Below are positions 1 through 9,663 of a stretch of 64,000 nucleotides of DNA, one piece after another. How positions within the stretch are numbered: the first letter of the stretch is position 1; each line of letters starts with the position of its first letter. Under the pieces are notes generated by a model, which saw nothing but the letters and a program-made list of their open reading frames with translations, was not told where the DNA came from and searched no databases. Location: NCBI GenBank assembly GCA_965219955.1, contig OZ244799.1:3424001-3488000 (forward strand), given 5' to 3'. This DNA is from a bacterium. Lineage in GTDB: Bacteria; UBA8248. Made by a program: the position numbers and the translations under genes.

Positions 1-132
1 AAAATCAGGGTCGCATATATGCGACCCCTACACACAAACAAATTTTCCTCTCGGGGTTTATCAACAAGCCCCTCAAGGGAGGAGTGATTTATTTCCTTTC
101 GGACTTTTTCAACAACCCCTTGTCAGGGGGGC
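1..132. mobile_element. Right ends of two nested MITE-like elements plus a GTAG-type REP palindrome (partial, window edge)
   Basis: gggtcgcatatatgcgacccctac (8-31); terminal motifs tttatcaacaagcccc and tttttcaacaacccc, the latter followed by ttgtcagggggg; start matches 51361-51426. Confidence 0.65.
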
Positions 133-153
133 TTTTCTTCTACCCCCTCGTCG

Positions 154-560
154 GAGGGCTGTTGAAAAGTCCTCATTACTCGAAAATAACCTCTGCCGTC
201 ATTCCGGCGAAAGCCGGAATCCATTCTAAAGCAGAATTACTATGTTCCGGCTTTTCATCTCCTCGTCATTGGCGGGAACCAAATAGAAAATAAAAAAAGC
301 AAAAATGGCTTCCGGCTTTCGCCGGAATGACGAACAAACCCGCCCCGACTCTCATATGGCTACACTATCAACCTCATCCTGAGTAGGCGCGCAAGCGCCG
401 TATCGAAGGATGCCCTCTCGTCCCGGCGCGAGCCCCTCGCCCTTCGATATGCCGCCTTCGGCGGCTACTCAGGGTGAGGGGTGGTGATGCCTCTATGGGC
501 GAGGAGAATGTTGCGCCGGTCAGTGTGAAAGTGAGATGCGCGGCCTACTCAGGGTGAGAG
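154..560. repeat. Cluster of REP-like palindromes behind a MITE-type left end
   Basis: gggctgttgaaaag end; inverted pair gtcattccggcgaaagccggaatcc (198-222) / ggcttccggctttcgccggaatgac (307-331); inverted pair ctcatcctgagtag..tatcgaagg / ccttcgata..ctactcagggtgag (373-478). Confidence 0.8.
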
Positions 561-614
561 AGAGTGGTGTCGTCGATGAGGGTGGGGATGAAACCCGCGC
601 CGCTCGGCGCAGGT

Positions 615-1703
615 TCAGATAGCCAGTTGGGTATCGGCGTCGAAGAAGAAGAGGTTGTCCTCGCGCATGCCCACCCGGGCTTCATCGCCCATGTCGACCC
701 GAAGAGTGGACGGCGTGCGCGCCATGATGGAGAGGTCCTCGAAGGCGAGTTCGAGCACCTGATCCGCCCCGTAGGGCTCCAGTAGCAGCACCTTGCTCAG
801 GTGGCCGTCGCCATCGCTGCCGGCGGTCTCGACGACGACGTCCTCGGGGCGAATCCCCAGGATCACCTTATCCCTCTCCTTTTCCTCCAGACGCTTGCGC
901 TGCTCGGGAGACGGCTCCACGGCGAAGTTGCCGTAACGGAAGCAAAGCCTTCCGTTTTCCTGCTCCAGGGCGCCGGGGATGAGGTTCATCGGCGGCGTGC
1001 CCACGAACTGCGCCACGAAGGTGTTCGCCGGTTCGTGGTAGACGGCGTAGGGGGAGGCGTACTGCTGGAGCACGCCGTCTTTCATAAGCGCTATCTCATC
1101 GGCCATGTTGAGCGCCTCCACCTGATCGTGGGTCACGTAGATCATGGTGGTTTCGAGGCGGCGGTGGAGCTTCTTGAGTTCGGCGCGCATCTCGACCCTG
1201 AGCGCGGCGTCCAGGTTCGAGAGCGGCTCGTCCATCAGGAACGCCCAGGGTTCGCGCACGATCGCCCGGCCCAGCGCCACGCGCTGGCGCTGACCGCCGG
1301 AGAGTTCGCGGGGCCTTCGGGCCAGAAGCTCCTCGATGTTCAGCGCCTCGGCCGCCCAGCGGACCTTCTCGTCGATTTCCGCCCTGGTCATCTTCATCAT
1401 CCGCAAGGGGAAGGCCAGGTTGTCCCGCACCCGGAGGTGGGGATAGAGGGCGTAGCTCTGGAACACCATGGCCATGTTGCGCTTGTGAGCCGGTATGTGG
1501 CGCACGTCCACCCCGTCGATGAGTATCGCGCCCTCGGTGGGTTCGAGCAGGCCCGCGACCACGTTCAGGATGGTGGTCTTCCCGCACCCGGACGGGCCCA
1601 GGAGGACGACGAATCTGCCGTCGGCGATCTCCAGGTCCACGTTGTCGACCGCGACCACCTCGCCGTAATTCTTGGTCAAGTTCTCCAAAACGACCTTCGC
1701 CAT
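615..1703 (-). CDS. Carbohydrate ABC transporter ATP-binding protein (MalK/UgpC family)
   Basis: Walker A GPSGCGKTT, LSGGQRQR signature, DEPLSNLD, YVTHDQ, C-terminal TOBE-like region (GIRPED). Confidence 0.95.
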   Translation of the reverse strand: MAKVVLENLTKNYGEVVAVDNVDLEIADGRFVVLLGPSGCGKTTILNVVAGLLEPTEGAILIDGVDVRHIPAHKRNMAMVFQSYALYPHLRVRDNLAFPLRMMKMTRAEIDEKVRWAAEALNIEELLARRPRELSGGQRQRVALGRAIVREPWAFLMDEPLSNLDAALRVEMRAELKKLHRRLETTMIYVTHDQVEALNMADEIALMKDGVLQQYASPYAVYHEPANTFVAQFVGTPPMNLIPGALEQENGRLCFRYGNFAVEPSPEQRKRLEEKERDKVILGIRPEDVVVETAGSDGDGHLSKVLLLEPYGADQVLELAFEDLSIMARTPSTLRVDMGDEARVGMREDNLFFFDADTQLAI

Positions 1704-1729
1704 TCTCACTCGCTCCTATGGAAAACCGG

Positions 1730-2668
1730 CTAGCCCTTCACCGCGCCCGCCGTCAGCCCGCGCACGAAGTAGCGCTGGAACATGAGGGCCAGGGCGACGG
1801 GAATGATGACGCAGGCGACGCCCGCGGCGTTCATCCGCGCGTAGCTCACCGAAAACTCGGAGACGAAATCGAGCAGCGTCACCGTGATGGGCCGGGTGTT
1901 CATCGTCTGGGTCAGGACGAGCGGAAAGAGGAACTCGTTCCAGCTCGTAAGGAACACGAACACCGCCGCCGTGACGATCGCGGGCGCCGAGAGCGGCAGG
2001 ATCACCCGCCAGAGGGTCTGGAAGCGGTTGCAGCCGTCCACGCGGGCGGCGCTCTCGATCTCCTGCGGCACGGTCTCGAAATAGGCGACCAGCACGAATA
2101 TCGCCAGCGGCAGGGATATCGGAATGTAGGCCACGATGAGCCCCAGATAGGTATCCAGCAGCCCGAGCCCGCGGATCATCAGATAAAACGGGACGATCAG
2201 GGACACCTCGGGCACGATGCGCGACGCCAGCACGACGTAGAAAAGGGACTGCTTTCCCCTGAAGTAAAGACGCGCGAAACCATACGCCGCCAGGCATCCC
2301 AATATGACGTTGATGATGGTGACGCCAAACGCCACGACGAAGCTGTTCCACATCGAGGGCAGCACGTCCGCCGTGGGGAACGTGGAATACCCGGCCATGC
2401 TCTTGTCGAACGCCACGCTCGTGTCGGCCGGTTTCCTGAGGATGATCTCCTCGTAGTTGCCGATGTTGAGCGTGGGCGGAACCCAGTTGGGCGGCACCGA
2501 CACCACGTCCTTTTCGAGCTGGAGGCTCGAATTGAGCATCCAGTAGAAGGGCGATATCGCGTAGAAGAGCATGGCGGCGACGATCAGGTAGAGAACGACC
2601 CGCCCCAGGATGGCGGCCTGGCGGTATCTCTGAATCTCCTTGACGTCGGGAACGCTCGGGCCGGCCAT
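1730..2668 (-). CDS. Carbohydrate ABC transporter permease (MalG-like)
   Basis: EAA-type motif IESAARVDGC, TSWNEFL, multiple TM helices; start moved to MAGPSVP inside the 1730..3247 ORF. Confidence 0.92.
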   Translation of the reverse strand: MAGPSVPDVKEIQRYRQAAILGRVVLYLIVAAMLFYAISPFYWMLNSSLQLEKDVVSVPPNWVPPTLNIGNYEEIILRKPADTSVAFDKSMAGYSTFPTADVLPSMWNSFVVAFGVTIINVILGCLAAYGFARLYFRGKQSLFYVVLASRIVPEVSLIVPFYLMIRGLGLLDTYLGLIVAYIPISLPLAIFVLVAYFETVPQEIESAARVDGCNRFQTLWRVILPLSAPAIVTAAVFVFLTSWNEFLFPLVLTQTMNTRPITVTLLDFVSEFSVSYARMNAAGVACVIIPVALALMFQRYFVRGLTAGAVKG

Positions 2669-2670
2669 GA

Positions 2671-3624
2671 TCAACTCTCCTGCGGTCTGTAGAGGATCTT
2701 GATGTAGCCGATCGCCAGGATGAAGGTGGCGATGGCGATCACGTAGGAAATCGACGCGCCGGAACCGAACTGCAGGTTGCGGAACGTCTCGACGTAGGTG
2801 TACCAGGAGACGAGCGCCGTCGCGTCGCCCGGGCCTCCCTCGGTCAGGATGTAGACCAGGTCGAATGTCTTGATGGAGATGATCGAGGTGTAGACCAGCA
2901 CCAGGAGGAAGGCCAGCTTGAGCGCCGGCAGCGTGATGTGCCAAAAGCGCCTCGGGGCGCCCGCCTGGTCGATCTTGGCCGCGCTGTAGAGGTCCTCGGG
3001 GATGGCTTGCAGCGCCGTCAGGAACAGGACGGTGGCGAGGGGCACCTCCTTCCAGACGAAGGCGTTCACGAGGGTGTAGAGCGCGCGATCGGGGTTGCTG
3101 AGCCACGTCTGGTACTTGTCGATGACGCCAAGCGCGACCAGGAGGCCGTTCAGCACCCCGTAGTCGGAATGGTAAATCCATTCCCAGATGAGTCCGTTCG
3201 CCACGTAGGGCACCGCCCAGGGCACGAGGATGAGCGGCACCGCCCACTTGCGCACGCCGGAGCCCAGTTCGTTGAGCGCCAGGGAGAAGATGAGGCCGAT
3301 CAGGGCCACCGCGATCACCGACACCACGACGAAGATGACCGTGTTGATGAGCGCGTTGTAGAAATCCTCGCTCTCCAGGAACATGACGTAGTTCTCGAAA
3401 CCCACGAAGGGGTTCCTGTGGGGCCGCTTCAGGTTATAGACGTGGACGCTGACGTAGAACGAATGCAGGATGGGATAGATGTTGAGCAGCACCATCAGGA
3501 GCAGCGCGGGCCCCACGAAGAACGCCGCGATGCCGCCTTCTGTCTGCATGCGCCGGGTGAACCAGCCCTTCAGGCCCGCCTGCGCGGCCGGTTCCGCCCC
3601 TTCGGCGGAGAGGATATTCGCCAA
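2671..3624 (-). CDS. Carbohydrate ABC transporter permease (MalF-like)
   Basis: FVGFENY, LYSAAKIDQAG, LTEGGPG motifs; TM helices. Confidence 0.93.
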   Translation of the reverse strand: MANILSAEGAEPAAQAGLKGWFTRRMQTEGGIAAFFVGPALLLMVLLNIYPILHSFYVSVHVYNLKRPHRNPFVGFENYVMFLESEDFYNALINTVIFVVVSVIAVALIGLIFSLALNELGSGVRKWAVPLILVPWAVPYVANGLIWEWIYHSDYGVLNGLLVALGVIDKYQTWLSNPDRALYTLVNAFVWKEVPLATVLFLTALQAIPEDLYSAAKIDQAGAPRRFWHITLPALKLAFLLVLVYTSIISIKTFDLVYILTEGGPGDATALVSWYTYVETFRNLQFGSGASISYVIAIATFILAIGYIKILYRPQES

Positions 3625-3684
3625 GGAGAACCTCCATCGCGCCTCCCCCGGCCGTTTATTGCCGGGGGAGGCAACCGCTAACGT

Positions 3685-5022
3685 CTAGCCGTAACGCCTC
3701 TTCAGCCTGTTCCACTGCTTGGTCAGGGTCTTGAGCGTACCCACGATGTCGGCCTGACCCAGGATCGCCTTGTGCACGCGCGGACGCATGTACTGATCCC
3801 ACTCGGCGTACCAGACGGCCTTCTGCCCGTCCTTGGGCTTGCTGAGCGCCATCTGGCTCTCGAAGAGCTTCGCCTCGCCCCAGTTGTTCGCCGCCTTGAT
3901 GATATCGGGGTCCTTGAACAGCGGCGCGTGGCCGAAGCCCAGACCGAACTCGGTGAACCACTTCTTCGCCGTGCGGTAGGTGCCCGACTTGTCCTTGCCG
4001 CCCAAGAAGTCCACCATCTTCCAGGACATCGCCTTGCGCGCGGGGTCCTTCGCGGCCGAGGCGGTCATGCTGTAGGCCCGTGTCCAGCCGCACACGTGCG
4101 GCTTGGCGTTGTTGGCGGTCGGGATGAGCGCCATCTTGATCTTGCCGGCCACCTTGGAGGATTTGGGCTCGTTCGCGGCCCGCAGCCGGTAGTTCGGCAG
4201 GATGGCGAAGCTGCCCGTGCCGCTGCTGAAGGCCTTGAGGGCTGCGACCTCGTTCAGCTCCATGAAGCCGGGCTGCGTGATCTTGTGCTTCTTGGCCGCG
4301 TCGATGATCCACTGGATCGATTGCGCCACCGCGGAATCCGGTTTGTCGTAGCCCATGACGTTGTATTTCTCGTCGACGAACCTTCCGCCCCGGCTGTACA
4401 TCATGGTGAAGAGCATCTCGCCCATCCAGAAGTCGGCTTTCAGGAACTGCAGGAAGGGATACTCCTGAATCCCCTTGCTCTTGATCTGGAGGCTCTGCTG
4501 GACCACCTCGTCCCAGGTCTTGGGCGGAGCGCCGATGCCCGCCTTCTCCAGGTGCTCCTCGTTGTAGAGGAACGCCATGTGGCCCACGTAGTAGGGCAGG
4601 CCGTAGAGCTTGCCGTTGTAGGTGAGCGCGTCGGCGGTCGGGCCGATGAACTCTTTTCTGTACTCATCCACGCGCGGGAACTCGTCGATGGGGTACAGCC
4701 AGCCCGCCTCGACGAACTCGGCGAGGTGGCCGTCGATCATGTAGATGACGTCCAGGGGCGTTTTCCCCGTGAACTTGACGACCAGCGTGTCGTGGTACTT
4801 GCTGCCCGGCGTATTGCCGTAGTTGATCTTGATTTTGGCGAGCTTCTCGAATTCGGCGATGCGCTGCTTCACGAAGCTGATGCCGTAGGTCCAGCTGTAG
4901 AAGTTGAGCGATTTCACCATCGCCGCCGAGGGCGTCGCCCGTGATACAGGCAAGGCCAGGGCGGCCGTTCCAAGTGCGGCATTGCGAAGGAGTTTCCGAC
5001 GACTCAATCCGAGTTCTTTCAT
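3685..5022 (-). CDS. Carbohydrate ABC transporter substrate-binding protein with Tat signal
   Basis: SRRKLL twin-arginine leader; YNGKLYGLP, PKTWDE family-1 SBP motifs; first gene of the permease/ATPase operon. Confidence 0.92.
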   Translation of the reverse strand: MKELGLSRRKLLRNAALGTAALALPVSRATPSAAMVKSLNFYSWTYGISFVKQRIAEFEKLAKIKINYGNTPGSKYHDTLVVKFTGKTPLDVIYMIDGHLAEFVEAGWLYPIDEFPRVDEYRKEFIGPTADALTYNGKLYGLPYYVGHMAFLYNEEHLEKAGIGAPPKTWDEVVQQSLQIKSKGIQEYPFLQFLKADFWMGEMLFTMMYSRGGRFVDEKYNVMGYDKPDSAVAQSIQWIIDAAKKHKITQPGFMELNEVAALKAFSSGTGSFAILPNYRLRAANEPKSSKVAGKIKMALIPTANNAKPHVCGWTRAYSMTASAAKDPARKAMSWKMVDFLGGKDKSGTYRTAKKWFTEFGLGFGHAPLFKDPDIIKAANNWGEAKLFESQMALSKPKDGQKAVWYAEWDQYMRPRVHKAILGQADIVGTLKTLTKQWNRLKRRYG

Positions 5023-5303
5023 GGTCAACCCTCCATCGTCGCCCAGGAGAACTGTGCTCCCCTATGGCAGGGCGACCGCCATCGGGGGCAGATCCAAGCC
5101 TCAATCTCAATCAAGAAACCAGACAGCGGGCCTCTCGATTCTCTCGCATTTTCAGATGAAGAGACGGGAATGCGTTTTCACGGCAGGAGGCGAAACGGGG
5201 CACGGAGGCCCTGGAGGCGACGACACCACCGGTTCGCGATTCCCACTCTCCGGCGTTCGATGAATCCTCAATCTACTTCGACCAACCTTACAAGTATGCT
5301 GAA

Positions 5304-5332
5304 ATGCTAGCAGGGTTCCCAAATAGTGTCAA
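5304..5332 (-). promoter_or_regulatory. Sigma70-type promoter for the sugar ABC operon
   Basis: Minus strand TTGACA-17 nt-TAGCAT, about 280 nt upstream of the SBP start. Confidence 0.65.
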
Positions 5333-5415
5333 TTTTGCCCTTTTCGGGCAAGTTCTAGGAATATTCGCTCGCGCCGTCTCGCCGCTTCAGGCAACCCCCC
5401 CTACCCCCCCTTGTC

Positions 5416-5685
5416 GGGGCCGTTGAAAAACCCCGTTTTAGTGCGGGCGGTATTGGGGGTTATCCGTCGGTCATCCTTCCTGCCGCGCAAGCGGCCACAA
5501 AACCTCATCCTGAGTAGGCGCGTAAGCGCCGTATCGAAGGTTTGGCCCGACCGAAGAGGGAGGGTCAAAAGGCCTCTCCCGGCGTGCGAGAGCAATCGCT
5601 TCCGCATTGGGCGCGATTGACCTTCGATACGCCGCCTTCGGCGGCTACTCAGGATGAGGCGGAGAGAGACTTTTTCAACAAGCCC
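5416..5685. mobile_element. MITE-like element carrying a REP-like inverted pair
   Basis: Ends ggggccgttgaaaaa / tttttcaacaagccc, flanked by direct repeat TTGTC (5411-5415, 5686-5690); inserted within a cccccccttgtcaaggggg palindrome. Confidence 0.8.
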
Positions 5686-5725
5686 TTGTCAAGGGGGCAG
5701 AGGGTTGGTTTTCCAGCCGATGACA

Positions 5726-5796
5726 AGGGCGGCCACGGAGGGCCGCCCCTACGGCCTCCATTCAAGGGGGCGCGCAGGGACTGTTTCAACAGCCCC
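5726..5796. repeat. GTAG-type REP palindrome plus MITE-type end abutting the VOC gene stop codon
   Basis: gggcggccacggagggccgcccctac; tttcaacagcccc immediately before the stop at 5797. Confidence 0.6.
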
Positions 5797-6189
5797 CTAG
5801 CCGCGCGAGACGAGCTCGATGCTGATGTCGTCCGGCCCTCTGATGAAGGCGATCTTGGTCCCCGGGCCGATCTCCCACGGGTCGCAGATGAAGTCGGCTC
5901 CCTTCGCGCGCAGGTCGCTCTCGGCCCGGTCCATGTCGTCGACGACGAGGCCGAAATGATCGAGGCCGTAGCGCGGGTCGCTCGTCGTGCGCACGGGGTT
6001 CTCGCCCTCCGCACGGCCCGACACCAGAAAGCTCATGCCGTTCAGATCGAAGCTGAAGATCGGCGAGCCGCCCAGGTCGCCCTCGTCCACCACCTTCGCG
6101 CCGAACATCTCCTCCCAGAATTTTCTGGCCGCGTGAGGGTCCTCGCTTCGGAAGTGCAGGTGATCGTAACCGTAGGTGGGCATGGACAT
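5797..6189 (-). CDS. VOC/glyoxalase family protein
   Basis: YDHLH...LDHFG...AFIRGPDDISIEL pattern; GGAG RBS before MSMPTY. Confidence 0.9.
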   Translation of the reverse strand: MSMPTYGYDHLHFRSEDPHAARKFWEEMFGAKVVDEGDLGGSPIFSFDLNGMSFLVSGRAEGENPVRTTSDPRYGLDHFGLVVDDMDRAESDLRAKGADFICDPWEIGPGTKIAFIRGPDDISIELVSRG

Positions 6190-6274
6190 CGTTTCCCCTC
6201 CAGAAAAAGTGAGCCGAGAAAGAAGACGTCTCCGTCCTCCCGGCAACTCAGGTCGAATCTGTGTATGTGTGGAA

Positions 6275-6305
6275 ATTATAGAAGCGTATGCGGTTTGGTT
6301 GTCAA
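6275..6305 (-). promoter_or_regulatory. Possible sigma70 promoter of the VOC gene (19-nt spacer)
   Basis: Minus strand TTGACA-19 nt-TATAAT, both boxes perfect consensus. Confidence 0.45.
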
Positions 6306-6317
6306 GAAGGGGGATTT

Positions 6318-6695
6318 GGGGGCTGTTGAAAAACCCCCTTAAAGACACCCCCTACCCCCCTTGTCGGGGCTGTTGAAAAAGTCAGGAGCTCTGGATTTGT
6401 CGTATGTAACCGACCGACGAGAGAGAAAAATCACTCCCCCCTTGAGGGGGAGTCGGTGAGGTAAGGGCGTAAGCCCGAAAGCGAACCGGTGGGGGGGGAT
6501 AATTCGGATGGCGATGAACACATTTCACCCCCCACCGAATCGGCCTTCGCAAAAAACGCTCGGCCTCTTCGACTCCCCCTCAAGGGGGGAGTTGATTCCG
6601 TTCCTGCTTCTTTGCCAACAACCCTCAAGGACTTGTTGAAAAAGCTGCCCCGCTCCTCCACCCCTGAAATGTGGCCTTTTTTAACAAGCCCCCCC
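6318..6695. mobile_element. Nested MITE-like ends with a long palindromic cassette
   Basis: Three tgttgaaaaa left ends (about 6319, 6366 after ttgtc, and 6629); cassette tcactccccccttgaggggg...ccccctcaaggggggag; homologous to 46431-46680. Confidence 0.7.
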
Positions 6696-6739
6696 AAGGA
6701 AGAAGTGAAGCCTCCCCCCTCCCAGGTCAGTTCTGACCC

Positions 6740-7117
6740 TCACCCCCCCGGCAGGATGACGTAGAGGTCCTCCCCGTCGACTTCCACGGGAAAGCGCTGC
6801 ACTTTTCTCCTCCTGTTGGCGAGGCATTCCCCCGTCCTGACCTCGAACTCCCAGCCGTGCATGGGGCATGCGAGAACGTCCGCCTCATCGCGCGCGTAGC
6901 GCTCGCGCACCCTGCCGTCCTCTCCGACGGAAGCCGTGATCTCGCGGAAGAGGTTCCCCGAGCAGACGGGGCCCTGCTGGTGCGGGCATTTATCCTCCAG
7001 CGCGAAAAAGCCGTCGCTCAGCCTAAAGATGCCAAGATTGAGGCCGCCGAGTTCGAGGCGGATCCGCTCGCCGGGGCCTATCTCGGAGGCGCGCGCCGCC
7101 CAGAGCCGCCTCGCCAT
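6740..7117 (-). CDS. Rieske [2Fe-2S] ferredoxin
   Basis: CPH...CPMHGWEF Rieske ligands; abuts the amidohydrolase stop. Confidence 0.92.
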   Translation of the reverse strand: MARRLWAARASEIGPGERIRLELGGLNLGIFRLSDGFFALEDKCPHQQGPVCSGNLFREITASVGEDGRVRERYARDEADVLACPMHGWEFEVRTGECLANRRRKVQRFPVEVDGEDLYVILPGG

Positions 7118-8230
7118 CTATGCGCTCACTTTCAGATTGACCGTCTTTTCCGTGAAGCGGAAGACGCCGAGCGCGTTCTCGCCCATGATCTTGCGGCGGC
7201 CCGCGTCGCTTAAGAACGGGAGGTCGGCGACCGCCGAGGGTTCGTCGTAATCGAAATGGGGCCAGTCGCTCGCGTAGATGAAGGTGTTCTCCGCGTCGAG
7301 CATCTCGAAGAACATCTTCAAGTGCTTTCTCGGCATCTCCTCCATCGGCTGGGTGCCGAAATAGAAATCCCTGATGTATTCGCTCGGCAGCTTCCGGAGC
7401 AGGGGCGCCTCCACGCGGCGGCGCATGTATTCGGTGTCCAGGCGGTACATGAGGCCCGCCACCCAGGTGATGCCGCTTTCCTGGAATACGATCTTGAGGT
7501 CCGGGAACCGCTCGGGCACCCCCTCCATCACCATGCTCACGAGCTGCACCTGGTTGCACCAGGTCATGTCCAGCGCGTGGCTCTCGACGAAGGAGGGAAA
7601 CTTGGCGAAGCTCGAAAGGTCCGGCCCCAGGAAGTTCGCGTGCAGGACGACCGGGAGGCCGTGGTGCTGGGCCGCCTCGTAGATAGGGTTGTACGCCTCG
7701 GCCCCCAGGGGAAGCTCGACGCTCCCGAGCATCTCCACCCCGCAAACGGCGGGGTCGCCCGCCACGCGGTCTATCATCTTCGCCGCGCGCACCGGATCGC
7801 GGCCTGCCGCCACCACCAGCGTGTAGATTCCCTCCTCGGGCGCGCACACGCCGCCCAGCATGTAATCGATGTAGCCGTTGCAGATGTCCATGGCGTGGTT
7901 CGCGTTTCGCACGAACTCGACCATGAGCATGTAGGTGGGGATCATGACGATGGTGTCGATCCCGAAGCGCTCCATCACGACGGGGATGTCTGCGGGACTC
8001 GACATGCCGAGCATCTCGTCCTGATCGCCCTTGCCGCCTGCGGCGCCCCGCACGGTGCGGCCGTGGAGCATGACGTCGTACTGATCCCCCACCAGGGCGG
8101 GCATGTGGTACTGCCCGCTCCAGTCGGCGAAACGCTCGACGGAGGGGCCTTTGAGATACTTGGCGAAATCGCGGATTTCCTCGAGATAGTGCGCGTCGGC
8201 GTCCACGACGTGCATGCCCCGGTAGCCCAT
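7118..8230 (-). CDS. Amidohydrolase_2 (TIM-barrel) family protein, possibly a dinuclear-metal oxygenase
   Basis: VDADAHxxE, PVVLH, RFPDLKIVFQESG, ASDWPHFD, KIMGENA. Confidence 0.88.
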   Translation of the reverse strand: MGYRGMHVVDADAHYLEEIRDFAKYLKGPSVERFADWSGQYHMPALVGDQYDVMLHGRTVRGAAGGKGDQDEMLGMSSPADIPVVMERFGIDTIVMIPTYMLMVEFVRNANHAMDICNGYIDYMLGGVCAPEEGIYTLVVAAGRDPVRAAKMIDRVAGDPAVCGVEMLGSVELPLGAEAYNPIYEAAQHHGLPVVLHANFLGPDLSSFAKFPSFVESHALDMTWCNQVQLVSMVMEGVPERFPDLKIVFQESGITWVAGLMYRLDTEYMRRRVEAPLLRKLPSEYIRDFYFGTQPMEEMPRKHLKMFFEMLDAENTFIYASDWPHFDYDEPSAVADLPFLSDAGRRKIMGENALGVFRFTEKTVNLKVSA

Positions 8231-8339
8231 GGCTTTCTCCCCGTAAAATCTTCGGTTGATTCCAAAAGGATTCGCCGGATGATAGCATTCTCCCCGTTTC
8301 CTGAACACGCAGACGAAGGCTTTCTCGTGAGGACAACCC

Positions 8340-9551
8340 ATGAACGATGAACAAACCGCGCGCATGCCTCTCGCGGGCGTGCGGGTCGTGGACATGTCGA
8401 ACTATCTGGCGGGGCCGCTCTGCACCATGTATCTCGCGGACTACGGCGCGGATGTCGTCAAGATCGAAAATCCCCGGGGCGGCGACCCCATGCGCCTCTG
8501 GGGCCACAACAAAAACGGCGTGGGCCTCTACTACAAGATGATCAACCGCAACAAGAAGAGCGTGACGCTGGATTTGAGAACCCCCTTCGGCGTCGAGGCG
8601 GTGAAGAAACTCGTGGCCGGGGCCGACGTGGTCGTGGAGAACTACCGCACCGGCGTGCTCGAAAAATGGGGGCTGGATTATGAGAACTTAAAAGCGGTGA
8701 ACCCCGCCGTCATCATGCTCTCCATCACGGGGTTCGGCAGGACGGGCCCCTACAGGAATCGCCCCGGTTTCGGCTCGCTGGCCGAGGCCTTTGCGGGCTT
8801 CAGCCACATCAACGGCTATCCCGACGGCCCGCCCCTGAGTCCCTCCTGGGGGCTGGGGGATTGCTCGACGGGCATCGGCGCGGCATTCCTTGTGATGACC
8901 GCCCTGTTCGAGCGCGACCGAAGGGGCGGCGCGGGCCAGCAGATCGATCTCGCCATCTACGAACAGTTGCTCACCATGCTGGGCCCCCAGGTGATCTATT
9001 ACGACCAGCTCGGCTTCATCCAGGGCCGGAGCGGCTCGCGCCTCGAGTTCGCGGTGCCCCGGAACAACTTCGAGACCAAAGACGGCCAGTGGGTGCTCAT
9101 CGCCGGCTCGAACCAGTCCATCTTCGAGAACATCTGCAAGGGCCTGGGGCGCGAGGATTTGATCGCGGATCCGAGGTTCGCCGACAACCGCGAGCGCATG
9201 AAGAACGCGGACGCCATCGAGGACGAACTCCAGAAGACCTTAAGGACACTGACGCTCGATGAGGTGATGGAGCGCTTGACCGCGTTCGAGGGCGCGGCCA
9301 CCCCCATCAACAGCGTGAAGATGGTAGTGGAGAACGAACAGGTCGTCGCGCGCGGAAACATCACCGAGGTGCAAGACGCGGAACTCGGCGGCCCGGTGCG
9401 GATGCAGGAGGCCTTCGGCAAGCTGTCGCGCACGCCCGGCAAGGTGCGCCACGCGGGTGAGCCTCTGGGAAACAGTAACCGCGAAGTCCTGATGGAGCGC
9501 CTCGGCTACACGGAAGAAAAACTTGAGCAAGAGGGAATCGATTTGGGGTGA
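8340..9551 (+). CDS. Family III CoA-transferase (CaiB/BaiF)
   Basis: PLAGVRVVD, GADVVKIE, NRNKKSVTLDL, ENYRTG, catalytic Asp region LGDCSTG. Confidence 0.95.
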   Translation: MNDEQTARMPLAGVRVVDMSNYLAGPLCTMYLADYGADVVKIENPRGGDPMRLWGHNKNGVGLYYKMINRNKKSVTLDLRTPFGVEAVKKLVAGADVVVENYRTGVLEKWGLDYENLKAVNPAVIMLSITGFGRTGPYRNRPGFGSLAEAFAGFSHINGYPDGPPLSPSWGLGDCSTGIGAAFLVMTALFERDRRGGAGQQIDLAIYEQLLTMLGPQVIYYDQLGFIQGRSGSRLEFAVPRNNFETKDGQWVLIAGSNQSIFENICKGLGREDLIADPRFADNRERMKNADAIEDELQKTLRTLTLDEVMERLTAFEGAATPINSVKMVVENEQVVARGNITEVQDAELGGPVRMQEAFGKLSRTPGKVRHAGEPLGNSNREVLMERLGYTEEKLEQEGIDLG

Positions 9552-9584
9552 TGGGAGGGCATGCGTGCAGTTTTTATCGACTCT

Positions 9585-9612
9585 GTAGGGACAGGTCGCG
9601 ACCTGTCCCTAC
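9585..9612. repeat. Perfect GTAG-type REP palindrome between convergent genes
   Basis: gtagggacaggtcgcgacctgtccctac; similar copies at 36397 and 41046. Confidence 0.75.
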
Positions 9613-9663
9613 TTTTTCGCTCGCAAATAACGCCTCGGGGTGACGGGAGGGGATACCGCCCGC

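Noticed and set aside
84-293. Short ORFs in repeat clusters (VIPAKAGIH / WIPAFAGMT peptides; also 6339-6764, 12877-13310, 36352-37228, 40998-41490, 46345-46861, 51124-51431, 58289-58750)
   Set aside because: They are translations of REP/MITE palindromes with no RBS or coding bias.
6275-6305. 19-bp spacer promoter suggesting MerR-type control of the VOC gene
   Set aside because: Spacer dyad symmetry is weak and no MerR gene is nearby; kept only as a low-confidence promoter.
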